From positions 49,600,001 to 49,664,000 of the forward strand of contig NC_043004.1 of assembly GCF_006345805.1 (NCBI RefSeq): a stretch of DNA of 64,000 nucleotides. The letters are read 5' to 3'. Both the position numbers and the translations under genes were made by a program. Under the pieces are notes generated by a model. It saw only the letters and a list, made by a program, of their open reading frames with translations, was not told where the DNA came from and ran no database searches. The DNA is from Octopus sinensis (taxonomy: Eukaryota). Each line of letters begins with the position of its first letter. The stretch's first letter is position 1. This document shows, one piece after another, positions 1-12,714 of this stretch.

Positions 1-1282
1 AGGTAATTTTATGTAACACTTAGGAATGATTATTATTTTGATGATGATGAAAAATTTCCAAGATTGTTTGAACATTTCAATTATGTAGTTATCTTAGTGT
101 TAATATACCTAATGAAAAATATCAGGGAAAAGACAACATTAGTTCAGTGGCTGCTATAATTTTAATCGTTACTATACAGCTGGGATATAATTAAGGACAA
201 GTTTAATCTTATTCAGTCAGGTAGTCTAATCCCCACCCTAAACACACACACACACACACACAGAATTCAGAAACATAAGAATCAAATAAAAAGACATTTT
301 AAAATGGCTATCTAATGAAATACTTACAAATTATTTTGATGTTGTGGTTTTAAATTCAGAGTTTCTTTAACAGAAGAAGGACAGTGCTCAAATAATAGAT
401 TTGAATACTTGAGAGCCTATAATATAATGTACTACTCATAAGAAAGATATTTTGATATGAATTTATATTTATATTGAATAAATATGGTGTCAACATAGTT
501 AAGCTGTTAAATTTTTTACTCAAAAAGTGATAATTGGGTGGAATTGTTTGGGTGTTGAATAGAATGCCTCATAGTATCTGTTCTAAATGAGTTCAAATCC
601 TACCAAAATCAATTTTGTCTTTCATCCTTTCAGGAACAATACAAAAAAGTTCCAATCAAGAATGATAGATTGGCAGAACTATAAAAGGGTCAGATGAAAT
701 GCTTTATGACACCTATTTTGGCACTTAAAGTTCTGACAAGAATGCATTGCATTAGCTAATTTGTAGCTAGTGTTGAGTTCATTATAAAGTATATAGTACT
801 TTGGCGATTTCTACATGTCTATATTATAACCAAAAAGCATAACACTATGTTGTTCTGATTGAAATGAGCATTCTAAGCCTACCAAAAGGTTATTTCAATT
901 CATAATTGCTTTGATATGTATAAAGATTATTCTTACATTGGTCAGATGCCTGTGATTCAGTAGTGATGGTCACAAATGATTAAACTGATAAGTTTAGCTA
1001 TTTGGTGGAAGGATTGATATGTTTCACTTTGTCTATGACTAAGATATTTAACTGTATATTTGAGGCCATCAAATAATAAATAAGTTAGTGTCGCTTAAGC
1101 CTCAAATCGGCCAAGCCAAGGTAAGATCAAAGGCATTCCAGAAACGACTATCTATAGTTCAGTGCTGAAATGTTTCTTTCCCAATATAAATTTGAGAACT
1201 GTCAAGATTAACAGTACATTTCTCATGTAACAGCTTCAATGTTATATAATAATAATAATAATGAAATTATTGTATACAGTGC

Positions 1283-1570
1283 TCAGGTGCACCACAACTT
1301 GTCAAAAGTGCGTATAAAGCATATGCAGTAATGTACAAATACCTGGAAAGCGAACAGTGTATGAGTCAGATACATGTTTGCATGTGTATGGAGGGGAGAA
1401 AATAAGGTGTAGTGTTGGTGAATCTCAGGAAGCATGGAAGTTTTGAAGGATGCAGTGCTCCGACAACTAACAACTGATGCCGGCAGTCTGTTCCATGCTT
1501 CAGCAACTCTTAGCGTGAAAAAATGTTTCCAAAAGTCATGGGAGCTGTGCTGTTTTCTGACTTTGTAAAC
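1283..1570 (-). mobile_element. CR1-clade LINE 3' end fragment (ORF2 C-terminus)
   Basis: Translation GHVYKVRKQHSSHDFWKHFFTLRVAEAWNRLPASVVSCRSTASFK fits the CR1/L2 C-terminal motif GH..KL.K...FF..RV...WN.LP..VV....FK. Confidence 0.75.
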
Positions 1571-1699
1571 ATGTCCATATATTGACAAGAAGGAAAAAAA
1601 AACGAACTAAGAACAATAGCATATAAGATTAACTTTTCATATATGGAATAAAACCGCGCTAAGTGCACATGTTGAGGAAATTTTATTAATCTATTTTAG

Positions 1700-1759
1700 C
1701 TACATCAACTACCTACTTTATTCAGTAAAATCGAGAAAGGGAAACAATCTGAAAATTGG
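1700..1759 (+). CDS. Candidate internal exon, unidentified plus-strand gene
   Basis: Acceptor ctattttag|C, donor TGG|gtgagt, 60 nt. Two frames are open (YINYLLYSVKSRKGNNLKIG or LHQLPTLFSKIEKGKQSENW). Confidence 0.45.
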
Positions 1760-2190
1760 GTGAGTTGTTTCCCCTCTATAATGATCTCTGAATAAATACA
1801 AAACGTTAAATTTTGTGGGAAGGGAGATGTCGAGTATAACGACTCATTTTCACCAATGGTAAACTAGTATTTTACTTCATCGAATCTAGTGGTCCTTGGA
1901 GGGATCTGAACTGTAACTATGAAAAATGAAAGATACAGATGTAATTTATGACATTCAGAGTTTTCCATAATTTTGTTAACATGGTAAGGATAAACCAGCT
2001 GCTTCAAGGAAATGAATCGTGGTTTGATATTAAAGTATGATATTTAAGAGAAAGGCAAAATAAGATGTAATTAGTTGTGCTTTTTTGCAGAATATTCTCT
2101 GATACAAGTGAAAAAGACAAATGATTTTAATTTTGATTTAAAACCACATAACAGTTTTATTTATTTTGCCATGGGTTGTATGTAACTCAG

Positions 2191-2284
2191 TTCACCGGAG
2201 CTGGAGCTTGCTCTTCAAGAATTGCTACCATTATTCGAAAGTGAAGCTAATTCTGTAGTGGAAGAGTGGAGTCAATTAAATTAG
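2191..2284 (+). CDS. Candidate (possibly terminal) coding exon, unidentified plus-strand gene
   Basis: Acceptor taactcag|T. Frame SPELELALQELLPLFESEANSVVEEWSQLN* is phase-compatible with exon 1700-1759 (GG+T = Gly). Locally higher GC and helix-like composition. Confidence 0.45.
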
Positions 2285-2371
2285 TCTCATTATAATTACT
2301 GATATTTATTTTATTGCTCTTCCACTTTGGAAAGGTAAAAAGACAAGATCAATCTTTGTAGGTTTATCATT

Positions 2372-2525
2372 ACTTAATGTCTGTCTTCCATGCTGGCATA
2401 GGTTGGATGGTTGAACAAGATGATGTCTGGTTTGGCATTGTTTCTATGGCTGGATGCTCTTCCTAATGCCAACCACTTTACAATGTGTACCAGTGCTTTT
2501 TTGTGGTACTGGCACTATCAAGGTC
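2372..2525 (-). mobile_element. RTE LINE 3' UTR fragment ((GAT)n-tailed family)
   Basis: ttccatgctggcataggttggatgg...ggctggatgctcttcctaatgccaaccac matches the 3' UTR attached to the RTE ORF at 50066-52170. Confidence 0.7.
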
Positions 2526-4321
2526 ACTAAATAAATTGCAAGATAAGAAGACAGCTCAACAGAGTAGGGATATAATCGTGAGGGAGGTGGCTTTATGCTA
2601 GGTGTTGAGAGGCTAAAATATGACATAGGAACAGGAACAAGTTTCTTGCTGTAGAGGAGATACATGGCTGCCACAGTTGGAAAAAAAGAAGAAAAAAACC
2701 CCATAGTGATGAGGTATCAGGGTGTTATCTTCATGCTGAAAGAAGGTGATTATAAGAAAGAAGTAGAACAGAGGATTGGAAAGGTTGGGCTGGCTGGTAT
2801 GTTCATGCAAATATGAAAGGAGAATGACAGATGGTTAGTGATGGAGATAGATGTGAACGCAGTAAATGGTGAACATGAGTAGAGGCATGGTCAATGGTGA
2901 CTATCACGTTTGGTGGGGGAAGATGAAGGAAATAAGAATGGGTTAATACAAATAAAGTGGGGGTAGTGGAGGGTAACAATATCATAAAACCATAGATAAA
3001 TGAGCAATTTGGAGATGATGTGAAGTGATAGAGAGAGGTCAGAGGTATGTAAGGTTGGAAATAGTGAGTGATAAACAAAGGTGTGAAAGGGGTCATTGAC
3101 AGCAGATATGAGAGGCTATGCAGGAAAAAATGGAGTGCAATAGTAAAGGTTGATATTAGGAATGTGGGATGGGTGACAAAAGGAAGTAATCCTAAGGAAA
3201 GGGATAACTGGTAGCATAAAAGGGAGATGAAATATGAACAGTTCTGCTCTCATATAATTCCAGCAGTTGAGTAAATAGTACCATAGTTAGAAAAGTGATA
3301 GTGGGATGGGTGTTAGGAAGATGAGTTTTTGGGGAGAGGCTAGATCACAGACAGATTGGGTGCCGGGACATATACATAAATGATATACTTTTAAGACCTC
3401 ATTTTTTGCTAAGATGAATGGGCCTTTCGAGCACAATGAATTGTCAATCATCTAGGTTCTTTGTCACCTACTCTGTGAGGCTCAACATCCTAGTGAAACA
3501 CTAATCTAAATACTGTAGACATATTAAACTTAATCTTTAATACTAAAACTTTAAAATGCTAAAATAAGCTATAAGTTTAAAACAGTCAATTGCTGAACAT
3601 ATCTTGTGGTAGTGGGGCATATGTCAAGTTCTTTGTAATACAATAAAAGGAAGAGAGAGAACACTTTCAGGGTTTGTTATCCTTTGTAAACAGTTTTTTT
3701 TTTTTATTGGTCCATCAATTTTATTTTTGTGAAGGAGAGATAGTTCTTACTAATTTGTGCTGTTTACAGCTGCAGTAACAAATGAATCCTTTATAGAAAA
3801 GGTGTTTTGCATATTTCAACATCAAAATAGTAAGGACAATGGACTTATATATGTGTTAATATATAGAGTTATTGGAATGTTTTTTTTTTTTTTTTAATTA
3901 CACAAACACTGAAACAACGACTTAATACTGAAAGATAACAAGGTGAAGAAGCAAGCAGTTAATGAGAAAGTTTGTGTTCTTATTTCAGAAATAATGAATT
4001 ACCTGTAGACGAATTAAAAAAGGCAAACAGCCTTTTAAAATACATTCCATCAAAAGTTCAGTAAACTTTAAAACAAGGGTACGTCTTACTGCAAGAAAAC
4101 AAACTCATAATCACAATCCAGTATCGATATAACTTTTTGTTAGTCTATTACAAGTTGAACAATTATTTTAAGATATGCAATAAATTATTAATTTTAATTC
4201 AACAACAAACCAGGATAGTTTAAATAATGCATTTACTTCATATGAAATATAAACATAGGATCATTTGGCATTAGCTTTTCTTGTTATTTGATATACACAA
4301 ATATTTTAAAACTAAGTAAGG

Positions 4322-4326
<5 letters not shown>

Positions 4327-4371
<45 letters not shown>
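4327..4371. repeat. (ATA)n microsatellite
   Basis: Perfect trinucleotide run visible in the sequence. Confidence 0.95.
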
Positions 4372-4810
4372 GTGAATGAACTTATATAGTGCTTATGTGC
4401 TCTACAACTCATTAGAAAAGATTGTAAAAAGTGCAAGTACCATACATGAAATAAGAAATTTAAATACAACATAGAGATAAAATTAAATTGCAAGAATTTT
4501 GGTCTAAATCAAATATTGAAACAAAAATTGTATTTTGAAAGCCATCTTTGATAGTAAGTCTAGCAAAAGTCTAGAGTCTGTCAAAATCCAGAGGTATCTT
4601 ATAAGCTATCAAAAACAGTATTACATTGGAGTATTTTAAATGAAAGAGGAACAGAAAACTCAATGCATGTAATAGAGATTAGTTATTCATTTTGCCAGTA
4701 CTATATTTTTCATTTGAGGTCATTTTGGGTGACTAAAAGAACATCAAATAAGAAATACTGTGATGCTTCAGTGTCCAGCAAATGATCCTGAATATAAATA
4801 CAGATGTTAC

Positions 4811-4880
4811 CATAGTATAACTTTAAATCTGGCATTGATGATCTTATCAATTATAAAATTATTCACAAGACACTTTCCAA
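4811..4880 (-). CDS. Candidate exon of the minus-strand gene (low confidence)
   Basis: Acceptor cattttgtattcag|TT, donor TG|gtaaca. Phase 1 to 2, GKCLVNNFIIDKIINARFKVIL; compatible with exon 7005-6981. Confidence 0.3.
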
Positions 4881-5224
4881 CTGAATACAAAATGCATGAA
4901 TAACAAACTATTAACAGTAGATTACTTTGAAAATGAGAAACTCCAGCATTGCTCAGGTTGAAAAGTAGCTGTAAATGGGTAAGTGTTTTTTCTAACGAAA
5001 GCATTTTCTATGTAACAGAACAGATTCGTTTGAAAAGTTATTTTCTATGTAAGAAATGGAGGTTTCCTTCTACATTTATAGCAGACTGGTGTCTATTTCC
5101 TTTTACAGATTTGTGCTCAATAATAATAATAATATATTTAAGGTGGCAAGCTGGTAGAATCTTTAGCATGTGAGGCAAAATGCTTAGTGGTATTTCATCT
5201 GTCTTTATGTTCTGAGAACAATGC

Positions 5225-5610
5225 AAGACATAGAAAAAAAATCAGCAAAATCTATAGGAGTACAGATGTCTTCACCAGGCATTGCTTTAGGACCATATTG
5301 AGAATTTCTTGGAATGATTTCATCACAAATGAAGAAGTCATGAAAAGTGGTAGGCTGAGTAATAATCTATGATATATCATTGCTGTGTGATCAAGGTAGA
5401 TGTTCAACCATATACTAAGCATGCCTACAAGAGACCAGTCAAAGCCTGTCTTGTGGTGGTGAGGCATATGTCAAGTTCTTAGTAATACACTACAAGGAAG
5501 AGAGAGAACAGTTTCAGGGTTTGTTATCTTTTGGCAAGCATTTTTTTTATTGGTCCATCAATTTTATTCTTGTGAAATGGATATAGTTCTTACAAATCTG
5601 TGATGTTTAC
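5225..5610 (+). mobile_element. Decayed RTE-type LINE 3' fragment; its 3' UTR recurs at 3602-3767
   Basis: RHCFRTILRISWNDFITNEEV is an RTE C-terminal motif (ILRISW...TNEEV). 5449-5610 is a diverged direct copy of 3602-3767. Confidence 0.6.
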
Positions 5611-6980
5611 GAGGCTGGCAACTGTACTGAGTAGAGATCTCCCATCACCTAATGCTCTGGGTAGGTGAGCAGGAGGAACTAAGACTATGATGTAAATAAA
5701 GCCCCATATCATATGTACAACTAAATTAATTTATCCATCAGAAGAGAATGTGAATAAAAACATTTCAGCTACTGTCATGCATTTTTATCAATTTTGTTTG
5801 AATTTACAATTTTCTACATATTTCCCTCATTGGCTTTAGTTGTTCCACATTAAAGTAAAGATGTTCAAACAGATACCCTCTTTTTCTTTTTTTTAATCTT
5901 CTTTAACCCCTAGCTGGTGATTGGTGGGGGAGATGGTCCTCTCAACTAAAACCTGCAAAAGCAAGAGGGTAGTTGCTCTGCTGAACAGGGAAACTGAGGA
6001 AACCAGGCAAGAAACTATATTATACAGCATTTATTCATCCATGCTATCACATCCAGGGTAGCCGATGTGTCAGCACTGGGGACCCAGGGTGCTGGTGAGA
6101 AATGGATGACAGGCTGAAGCAAGTATCTTTTCACATTGATGACAGGCATTCTTGTAGATGTCTGGAATGTTCAAACTGGACATCATGCTGGGCAGAAAGA
6201 AATCATTGCCTGAGAACTTATCAAGTGTGATATTCTCTACAAAAACTAAGTACTATAATAAACAAAGATTTGGCTATTTATTTCAGAAATTATTACTATT
6301 ATTATTGTTGTTTTTTGACAAATACAGGTAAAATAATCACAAAAATTCAGGTTGGTAATAAGAAATGAAACATGGAAATATGAATGAAGAAATATTAGTA
6401 TTAAACAAATTAATTCAGAAAAGAAAGATAAAATAAAAGTGATTTTAAACAAGAAAAGAAAATGACTAATATGTCAATGCTATTAATTTAGTAAAAAAAA
6501 AAATTCTAGCAACACAGGTATGGTTTCCTTCAAAAATTCTTAGCAAATTAAAGAAAATCATTTTCATAATCAAACAGGTTCAATAAGTATTAAAATAAAA
6601 TCTAATAAGAAAATATTTCCAAGCAACAAACTGAAACATATAAGCTGAGATTTGCTTTTATTAAGCAGTAAATGAAAAGATTTTGAACTAGCTTATGGTA
6701 AACAGAATAAATTATAAAGACAATGGTACACTGATATAGATTAAATACACAAAAATAAATAAAATTTTCTTTTCCTTTATAAAGCTGAGGTTTAACAACC
6801 CGGAAAAATTATTATTGCAGATATCTTTTATTTTAGAGTAAATGTAGCCTTGATAAGTCTTATATTTCTAATGTTATAACATTTGGGAGCAAATAGTCAG
6901 CTTATATTTCTGATTGGTTGTATGAAATGTATGATGTGGTAATGTTTTTACATCATACATCTTTACAGTTATATGCTTAC

Positions 6981-7005
6981 TTTCAGCACTTGTATTAGCA
7001 ATAAC
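6981..7005 (-). CDS. Candidate 25-nt exon of the minus-strand gene
   Basis: Acceptor ttttacattttcag|GTT, donor GAAA|gtaagc. VIANTSAE, phase 0 to 1. Confidence 0.45.
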
Positions 7006-7436
7006 CTGAAAATGTAAAACCCAGTTATCTTTCACACAATAAAATAATACAGATGATATAATCAATGTTGATATATGATATATAATTTAATTAATGCAAG
7101 AAATAATTTCAAATTATGTGTGAATGAGTTTGGTTTTATATATATATTCACAAACACACATCTGTTATTTGGTATTATGTGCCAAAACTCAAAACAATGT
7201 TTCTATGTAAGCATGCATATGCCAGGGGTGTAACCAGCCCACTTATGCGTACCTTCCCTTCACTGGACACTGCTTGCGAAGACCTGTTGAGGCAAGTGAA
7301 ATCGAAATCTAATTCGATGACTGGCATCCATGCTAGTGGAGCACTAAGAGCACCATCCGAGTGTGATTGTTACCAGAGTGGCTAACTGGCATCCATGCTG
7401 GTGGCACGTAAAAAGCACCATTCGAGCATGATCGTA

Positions 7437-7631
7437 TGGAAATTACACCACTGCTGTTTAGCCCTAGGAAGCATTGAACACTTCCTGTCGGCTTTGACAC
7501 ATTTTCTGTGTCCTTATATTGGTGAAGGTGTGAATCTTGGCTGGTAGGGGTGCTTGCCTCAGAAAATGTGCCAAAGACGACAGGAAGTGTTCGATGCTTC
7601 CTAGGGCTAAACAGCGGTGGTGTAATTCCCA
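7437..7631. mobile_element. MITE with about 70-bp terminal inverted repeats, TA-flanked
   Basis: tggaaattacaccactgctgtttagccctaggaagc...cacattttctg versus cagaaaatgtg...gcttcctagggctaaacagcggtggtgtaattccca. TA on both sides; inserted in an RTE 3' UTR fragment (about 7210-7435). Confidence 0.75.
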
Positions 7632-8104
7632 TATGGGACTGTCACGTTAAGTTGACAGTATACAACCATTCTAACAATTATATTTTTTCTTGTAAAGGAA
7701 GGAAATAATACTGGTACTTGTTCTATCAACCAGGATAAAGACAAAGTAGACTCTCACAAGTTTTGAACTCATAAAGCATCAATATGCATTGATAATATTG
7801 AAAATATTGCTAATGTAAATCTTGGTAAAATAGCTACACCACATCCTTGCATGTCATAAGATGTGACTTAAAAGTGTGGTGACAAGAAGGGCATCTAGCT
7901 GAAAAACACTGCCTCAGAAAAACCATCCAACCCATGCCATCATGGAATAGAGAATGTATAATGCCACTGCCAATGAACAAATATGATACTTCAATAATAG
8001 ATTATTATTTAATTGCTTAACTTTTTATATAATAATCTATTATGACATGTAATCATTCTTAGTTGTGCAGAGTTTCTAGTATTAAAACATAAATTAATAA
8101 GAGT

Positions 8105-8932
8105 TATTGTGTTGAGTCAAAAGTTTTGCAATATTTTGGTAACCTATTTGCTTTATTCATCAAGTAACAACAAAAGTAGTCTAGCATTCAAAGTAGAGGC
8201 CATCATATTGCACCATCTGAAGCCACCTTTCTGCCAATTCTTTGATCCCATTTCTTGTCCACTGAAGTTTTCACTTCCACTCGGTTGACTAAGTGTCACG
8301 AGCACAAGAAGTGAACCACAAATCGGAACAAGTAATAATCTGAGGGAGATACTTCCGGACTATATGCTGGGTATAGCATCAGTTCAATTCCCTCATGTTC
8401 CTGGATTTTATTCTGTGTCATTTGAGTGATGTGAGGTCTTGTGTTGTCTTATTGCTTATCTTATTGCTTTCTGTTAACCAAAGCTGGGTATTTTTCCACA
8501 CAGGAGCATAAATCTGCTTCAGCTGTTTGGAGTATCAATAGTTTGACCATAGTGAATTATCTCCTTGTAATTCCACCAAACACAAAGCATCACCTTGAGT
8601 TCAAAACACCCATGTTTGGCGACAGGTTCCAGAAGCAGGCCCTTATGCACGTTATGGTTGTGGAAAAATACCTCCCTCAGATTATTACTTGCTCCAATCC
8701 ATGGTTCACTTCCTGTACTTGCAACATTTCGTCAACCAAGTGGAGGTGAAAGCTTTAGTAAGAGTTCTTTCTTTAAATGACAAGAACTGGCATTAACGTG
8801 GGATCAAAGAACTGGCAGAAAGGTGACTTCTGATGATGTAACACAATGGCCTCTACTTTGAATGCTAGACTGCTTTTGTTGTAACTTGATGAATAAAGCA
8901 CATAAGTTACCAAAATATTGTAAAACTTTGAT
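8105..8932 (-). mobile_element. Non-autonomous mariner derivative with about 250-bp inverted arms made of the transposase 3' end
   Basis: Minus strand gives KVMLCVWWNYKEIIH, YPAYSPEVSPSDYYLFR and GIKELAERWLQMVQYDGLYFEC*. The SDYYL...GIKELAER...GLYFEC* segment and terminus recur inverted at about 8669-8932. Confidence 0.8.
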
Positions 8933-9269
8933 ATTATTATTACTAGCAGAGAATCAAATCCTAGGGTCCTTATCTGTTTGTACATATAGACTGTTTTCTA
9001 ATGTTTTCTTCACTAATTTAAGACAGTAGAGTATGATTTGTAGGAATTTGCCAACTCTTTCTAGCAGGTCAAGCATCCACACAAAGACCTTGCTTTCTTG
9101 GTTTGAAGTAAGCTTTGTTGTTGTTTTCCCAGATAAGTTGTAGTTAAATAAAACTGTATATCAAGAACAATTGTTCAATATAGCATTTATTTAAAACTAT
9201 AGAGTAGGATTTATTAGAGTTTTGATTGCTATTTTCAGCAAGTTGAGTAGCCAGCCCATATGTCAACTC

Positions 9270-9496
9270 TCTCCTTTTCATTACCGTATTTATTTTGAGA
9301 TGCTGTGTTTTTTTCAATTATTTTAAATATAATAAAGAATTTAGTAAAAATAACTTGGTTATCATTAAGTTAGTGTTAGGAACATAAATTGTGACTAAGG
9401 TTTGGTGGAAGATTTTAATTCAAAACTTATGAAAACAAGACATTTGTACTACAAAGCCAGAGCCGGTTTCAGCCGGGTTGGTAACGAAAGGGTTAA
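9270..9496. mobile_element. MITE with piggyBac-like (TTAA)CCC...GGG(TTAA) termini, left end decayed
   Basis: Right end ggtaacgaaagggttaa; left end cttttcattaccgta is its degenerate reverse complement. Confidence 0.55.
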
Positions 9497-9559
9497 CAAA
9501 TGTATCTGCCAATGAACACTTCTTCCTCCCCTTTCTGTTTTTCTTACAGTTTCTCTTAG

Positions 9560-9626
9560 GTATCCCCAGAGTGGATAGCTGAAGTAACAGGCTTGTTAGT
9601 TCATTGTTTACCTTCAGAGAGACAAT
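9560..9626 (+). CDS. Candidate plus-strand exon
   Basis: Very long pyrimidine tract ending tttctcttag|G, donor AAT|gtgagt. Open frame VSPEWIAEVTGLLVHCLPSERQ, phase 0 to 1. Confidence 0.45.
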
Positions 9627-9727
9627 GTGAGTTTTGGCTTACTTACGGAGGGTGATAGGAAGGCGGCTTCAATTACATATATACACATTAACACATTAGC
9701 ACCATCATTATATTATTGATGTTGTTC

Positions 9728-9850
9728 CTACTACTACTATTGCTGCTGCTACTACTACTACTACTACTACTGCCGCCACCACCACCACCGCCACCACCAC
9801 TACTGCTGTCACCACCACCACCACCACCACCACAACCACTACTACTATCA
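9728..9850. repeat. Compound (CTA)n/(CTG)n/(CCA)n trinucleotide tract
   Basis: Visible in the sequence; produces the spurious polyL/polyP ORF. Confidence 0.9.
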
Positions 9851-11406
9851 TCACCATCTCTGATGCATCACTGGAGACTGAATCTTAGGCTTCACTTCTA
9901 GTAACATTCCTGGCAAATATATCCTTTAATTTTCCTTGTTAGCCCTTCCCTAAATGAAAATTAACCTTTTATAAAGTAAAAGCATATTTTTCAAACATAA
10001 AAAAAAAAAAACTTCAGCAAAGAAGTGTCAAATATCTCAATGAATCATAATAATATGTGGCAAGGAAAAGACTATCGTAATTTTCTGTCCCTTCAGACTC
10101 ACTTCAGCTTATACAATATATGTTATAGGTTTTTGAAAGTAAATTTTATGTGAATAGACATTCTATAATGTGCATAATAAAATGTATGCATGATCTGATA
10201 ATATCAACAAAACATTTGATTTTCAACTCAGAGGGTATGTTAAAAGTGTAGCTGACCTATTAAGACCCTAAAGGGATTTGAAATTGCAAAAATCTAGTTC
10301 CTCATTATGTATTTTTATAAATTTGAGTTTTAACCTCAAACAATCTTCAAAATTTTATATATATATAGTGGCTTCATGTAAAAGATTTAGTTTACTGTTA
10401 TTTTAGCCAAGTAGAAACTGATAATCCATTCAGTCACATTGTGGTATTTGAAGAGAAATAAACTACTGGCTTCCTCTTTCTCTCTCTCCCTCTCCTAGTG
10501 AAATGTTAGCCTTGGTCTAGCCTCAACAGAATAATTTCAGTTTAAATCTATGCATATTATCTGATTTTTCTCTTCACTGATAACCATTTATCTGCTTGCA
10601 CACAATTGTAAAATACTATTGAATTGCAACACAAGAAAATTTGTATATACATTTCTGTGAGACATTAGATGATTGATTTTGTAAAACACGAAATTAAGTA
10701 TTCTCACAAATACACGTAAGTAAACTTGTCATGACTGATATAAATTAAGATCTGTTATGTTATATGCAGAGATTTGTAGCCATAAATCAAGTGCTGCATA
10801 ATTATCATAGTTAGTTTACCAATGAGATTGGAAGAGGACTAATTTTTGTTGATATATAGGAAATAAAAAAGAACAATTTTACATAACTCATTTTTGTTGT
10901 TATCCCTATAGACAATCCATTAATGTCCAAACATTGGTGACTCAGTTGGTAAGAATTTGTTACCTGATGTTTGAACAAACCTACACATAATAAATTATAA
11001 TAAGTTATGCCATAATCCACAGAGAAAAATTGTAATATTGTCTAAATATTCTTTAAAAGTGTCATCTATTCCTTAAATTCTTAAAATATATTCCTTGAAC
11101 AAAATGTCCAGTATGTATGAAGTGGGTAGAAAGATGAATGAATTATGAAATGTTCAGTGAGTTCAAATCTTGCCAGAGTTTTGATTACATTTCTGTAGCA
11201 TGTAAAACAAGGCCCGATATAAAAAGTTGCCAACACAGTGAACATATATGCACAAACTACAAAAGTGTTACATATATACATACTGTTTAAAAGTAATTCA
11301 CTATAATCAAATAAACAAAATGAAATTCTTTTAACAGAATTATACGGTATATTTCAAGTGTCAATAACTGGCTGATACAAATAAAATTCACTCCAAAAAT
11401 ACTTAC

Positions 11407-11498
11407 AATTACAATCTCCAAAGTAAGTTCAAATACTGGCAAAGACAAAGGGTTCAGCTTTTGCTCCTCAGACAGTTCAACAAAAATTGTAATAAAAT
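11407..11498 (-). CDS. Candidate exon of the minus-strand gene
   Basis: Acceptor tttttatttcaattttaatgttcag|AT, donor ATT|gtaagt. 92 nt, phase 1 to 0, FITIFVELSEEQKLNPLSLPVFELTLEIVI. Confidence 0.6.
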
Positions 11499-11970
11499 CT
11501 GAACATTAAAATTGAAATAAAAACATTATTATGCATTGACATTGAGGATTAACAATTTCTTTCTTTACGATACGTAGTTAAAACTAAAGTTAAGGTACTG
11601 AATGGTTGATCACACAGGCATGATTTCACAATCTTATTACAGTCACTGTTAAAACCCTATTACCAGAAAGCTAATTCTCCTCTTACTTCACAGTTGTGTT
11701 GACAGTACTATTGTTTCAAATTTTGGCACAAGGCCAGCAATTTTAAAGGATGGGTTTTAGTTGATTGCATCAATTTAGTGTTCAACTAGTATTTATTTTG
11801 ATGACCCCCAAATAGATGAAAGGCCATGTCAACGTTGATGGAATTTGAATGCAGAATGTAAAGCCAGACAATACACTTAGTGGAAAAAATGCTGCTAAGC
11901 ATTCTGTCCGGTATGCTAATGATTCTGACAGCTCACCACCTTTGCTTTGACAGTAATATGAAGAGCATCA

Positions 11971-12015
<45 letters not shown>

Positions 12016-12024
12016 GTATAATAG

Positions 12025-12714
12025 AAGATGGCTTCTAGAAGTAATGTGTCATTATTGTTTATATTGTCTCCAGTCATGTGAAAGTTTGATCAAAACATAT
12101 CCCTACTCTTCCTTACTCTTTAAAATGAGTGAACCTAAACAAATTGATATTGTATAAATTGTGACTAAGAAGTAAACCACTTTCAAACTGAGTTTGCAAT
12201 CCCATTTTCAATAGATATCACAAAAAATTGCCACTCTTCCACAGACAGAAGGATTGCCTGTTCATAAGTATTATGATTACATAGAATATACAAGCATTTG
12301 ATGATTGATATATATATATATATAAAACAAAACAATCCAGCAATACTTAACTATCTCAATATACACAATCTTTTCCATCCAAAGTGCCATGAATATCAAA
12401 CAAAATATAATAATGAAAGAAAACAAACTCAATCATCAAATGCTTGTATATTCTATGTAATCATAATACTTATGAACAGGCAATCCTTCTGTCTGTGGAA
12501 GAGTGGCAATTTTTTGTGATATCTATTGAAAATGGGATTGCAAACTCAGTTTGAAAGTGGTTTACTTCTTAGTCACAATTTATACAATATCAATTTGTTT
12601 AGGTTCACTCATTTTAAAGAGTAAAGAAGATTATAAGGATATGTTTTGATCAAACTTTCACATGACTGGAGACAATATAAACAATAATGACACATTACTT
12701 CTAGAAGCCATCTT
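12025..12714. repeat. Near-perfect long inverted repeat (arms 12025-12308 and 12429-12714, 120-bp spacer)
   Basis: Line-by-line reverse complement: the arms are identical except one cluster (ccctactcttccttactc versus ccttataatcttctttactc). Confidence 0.95.

Noticed and set aside
3602-5610. LTR pair (3602-3767 and 5449-5610)
   Set aside because: No TG...CA ends, PBS, or gag/pol between them; the second copy follows an RTE ORF end, so both are LINE 3' UTR copies.
9716-9901. PolyLeu/polyPro ORF
   Set aside because: Product of a compound trinucleotide repeat; no splice or domain support.
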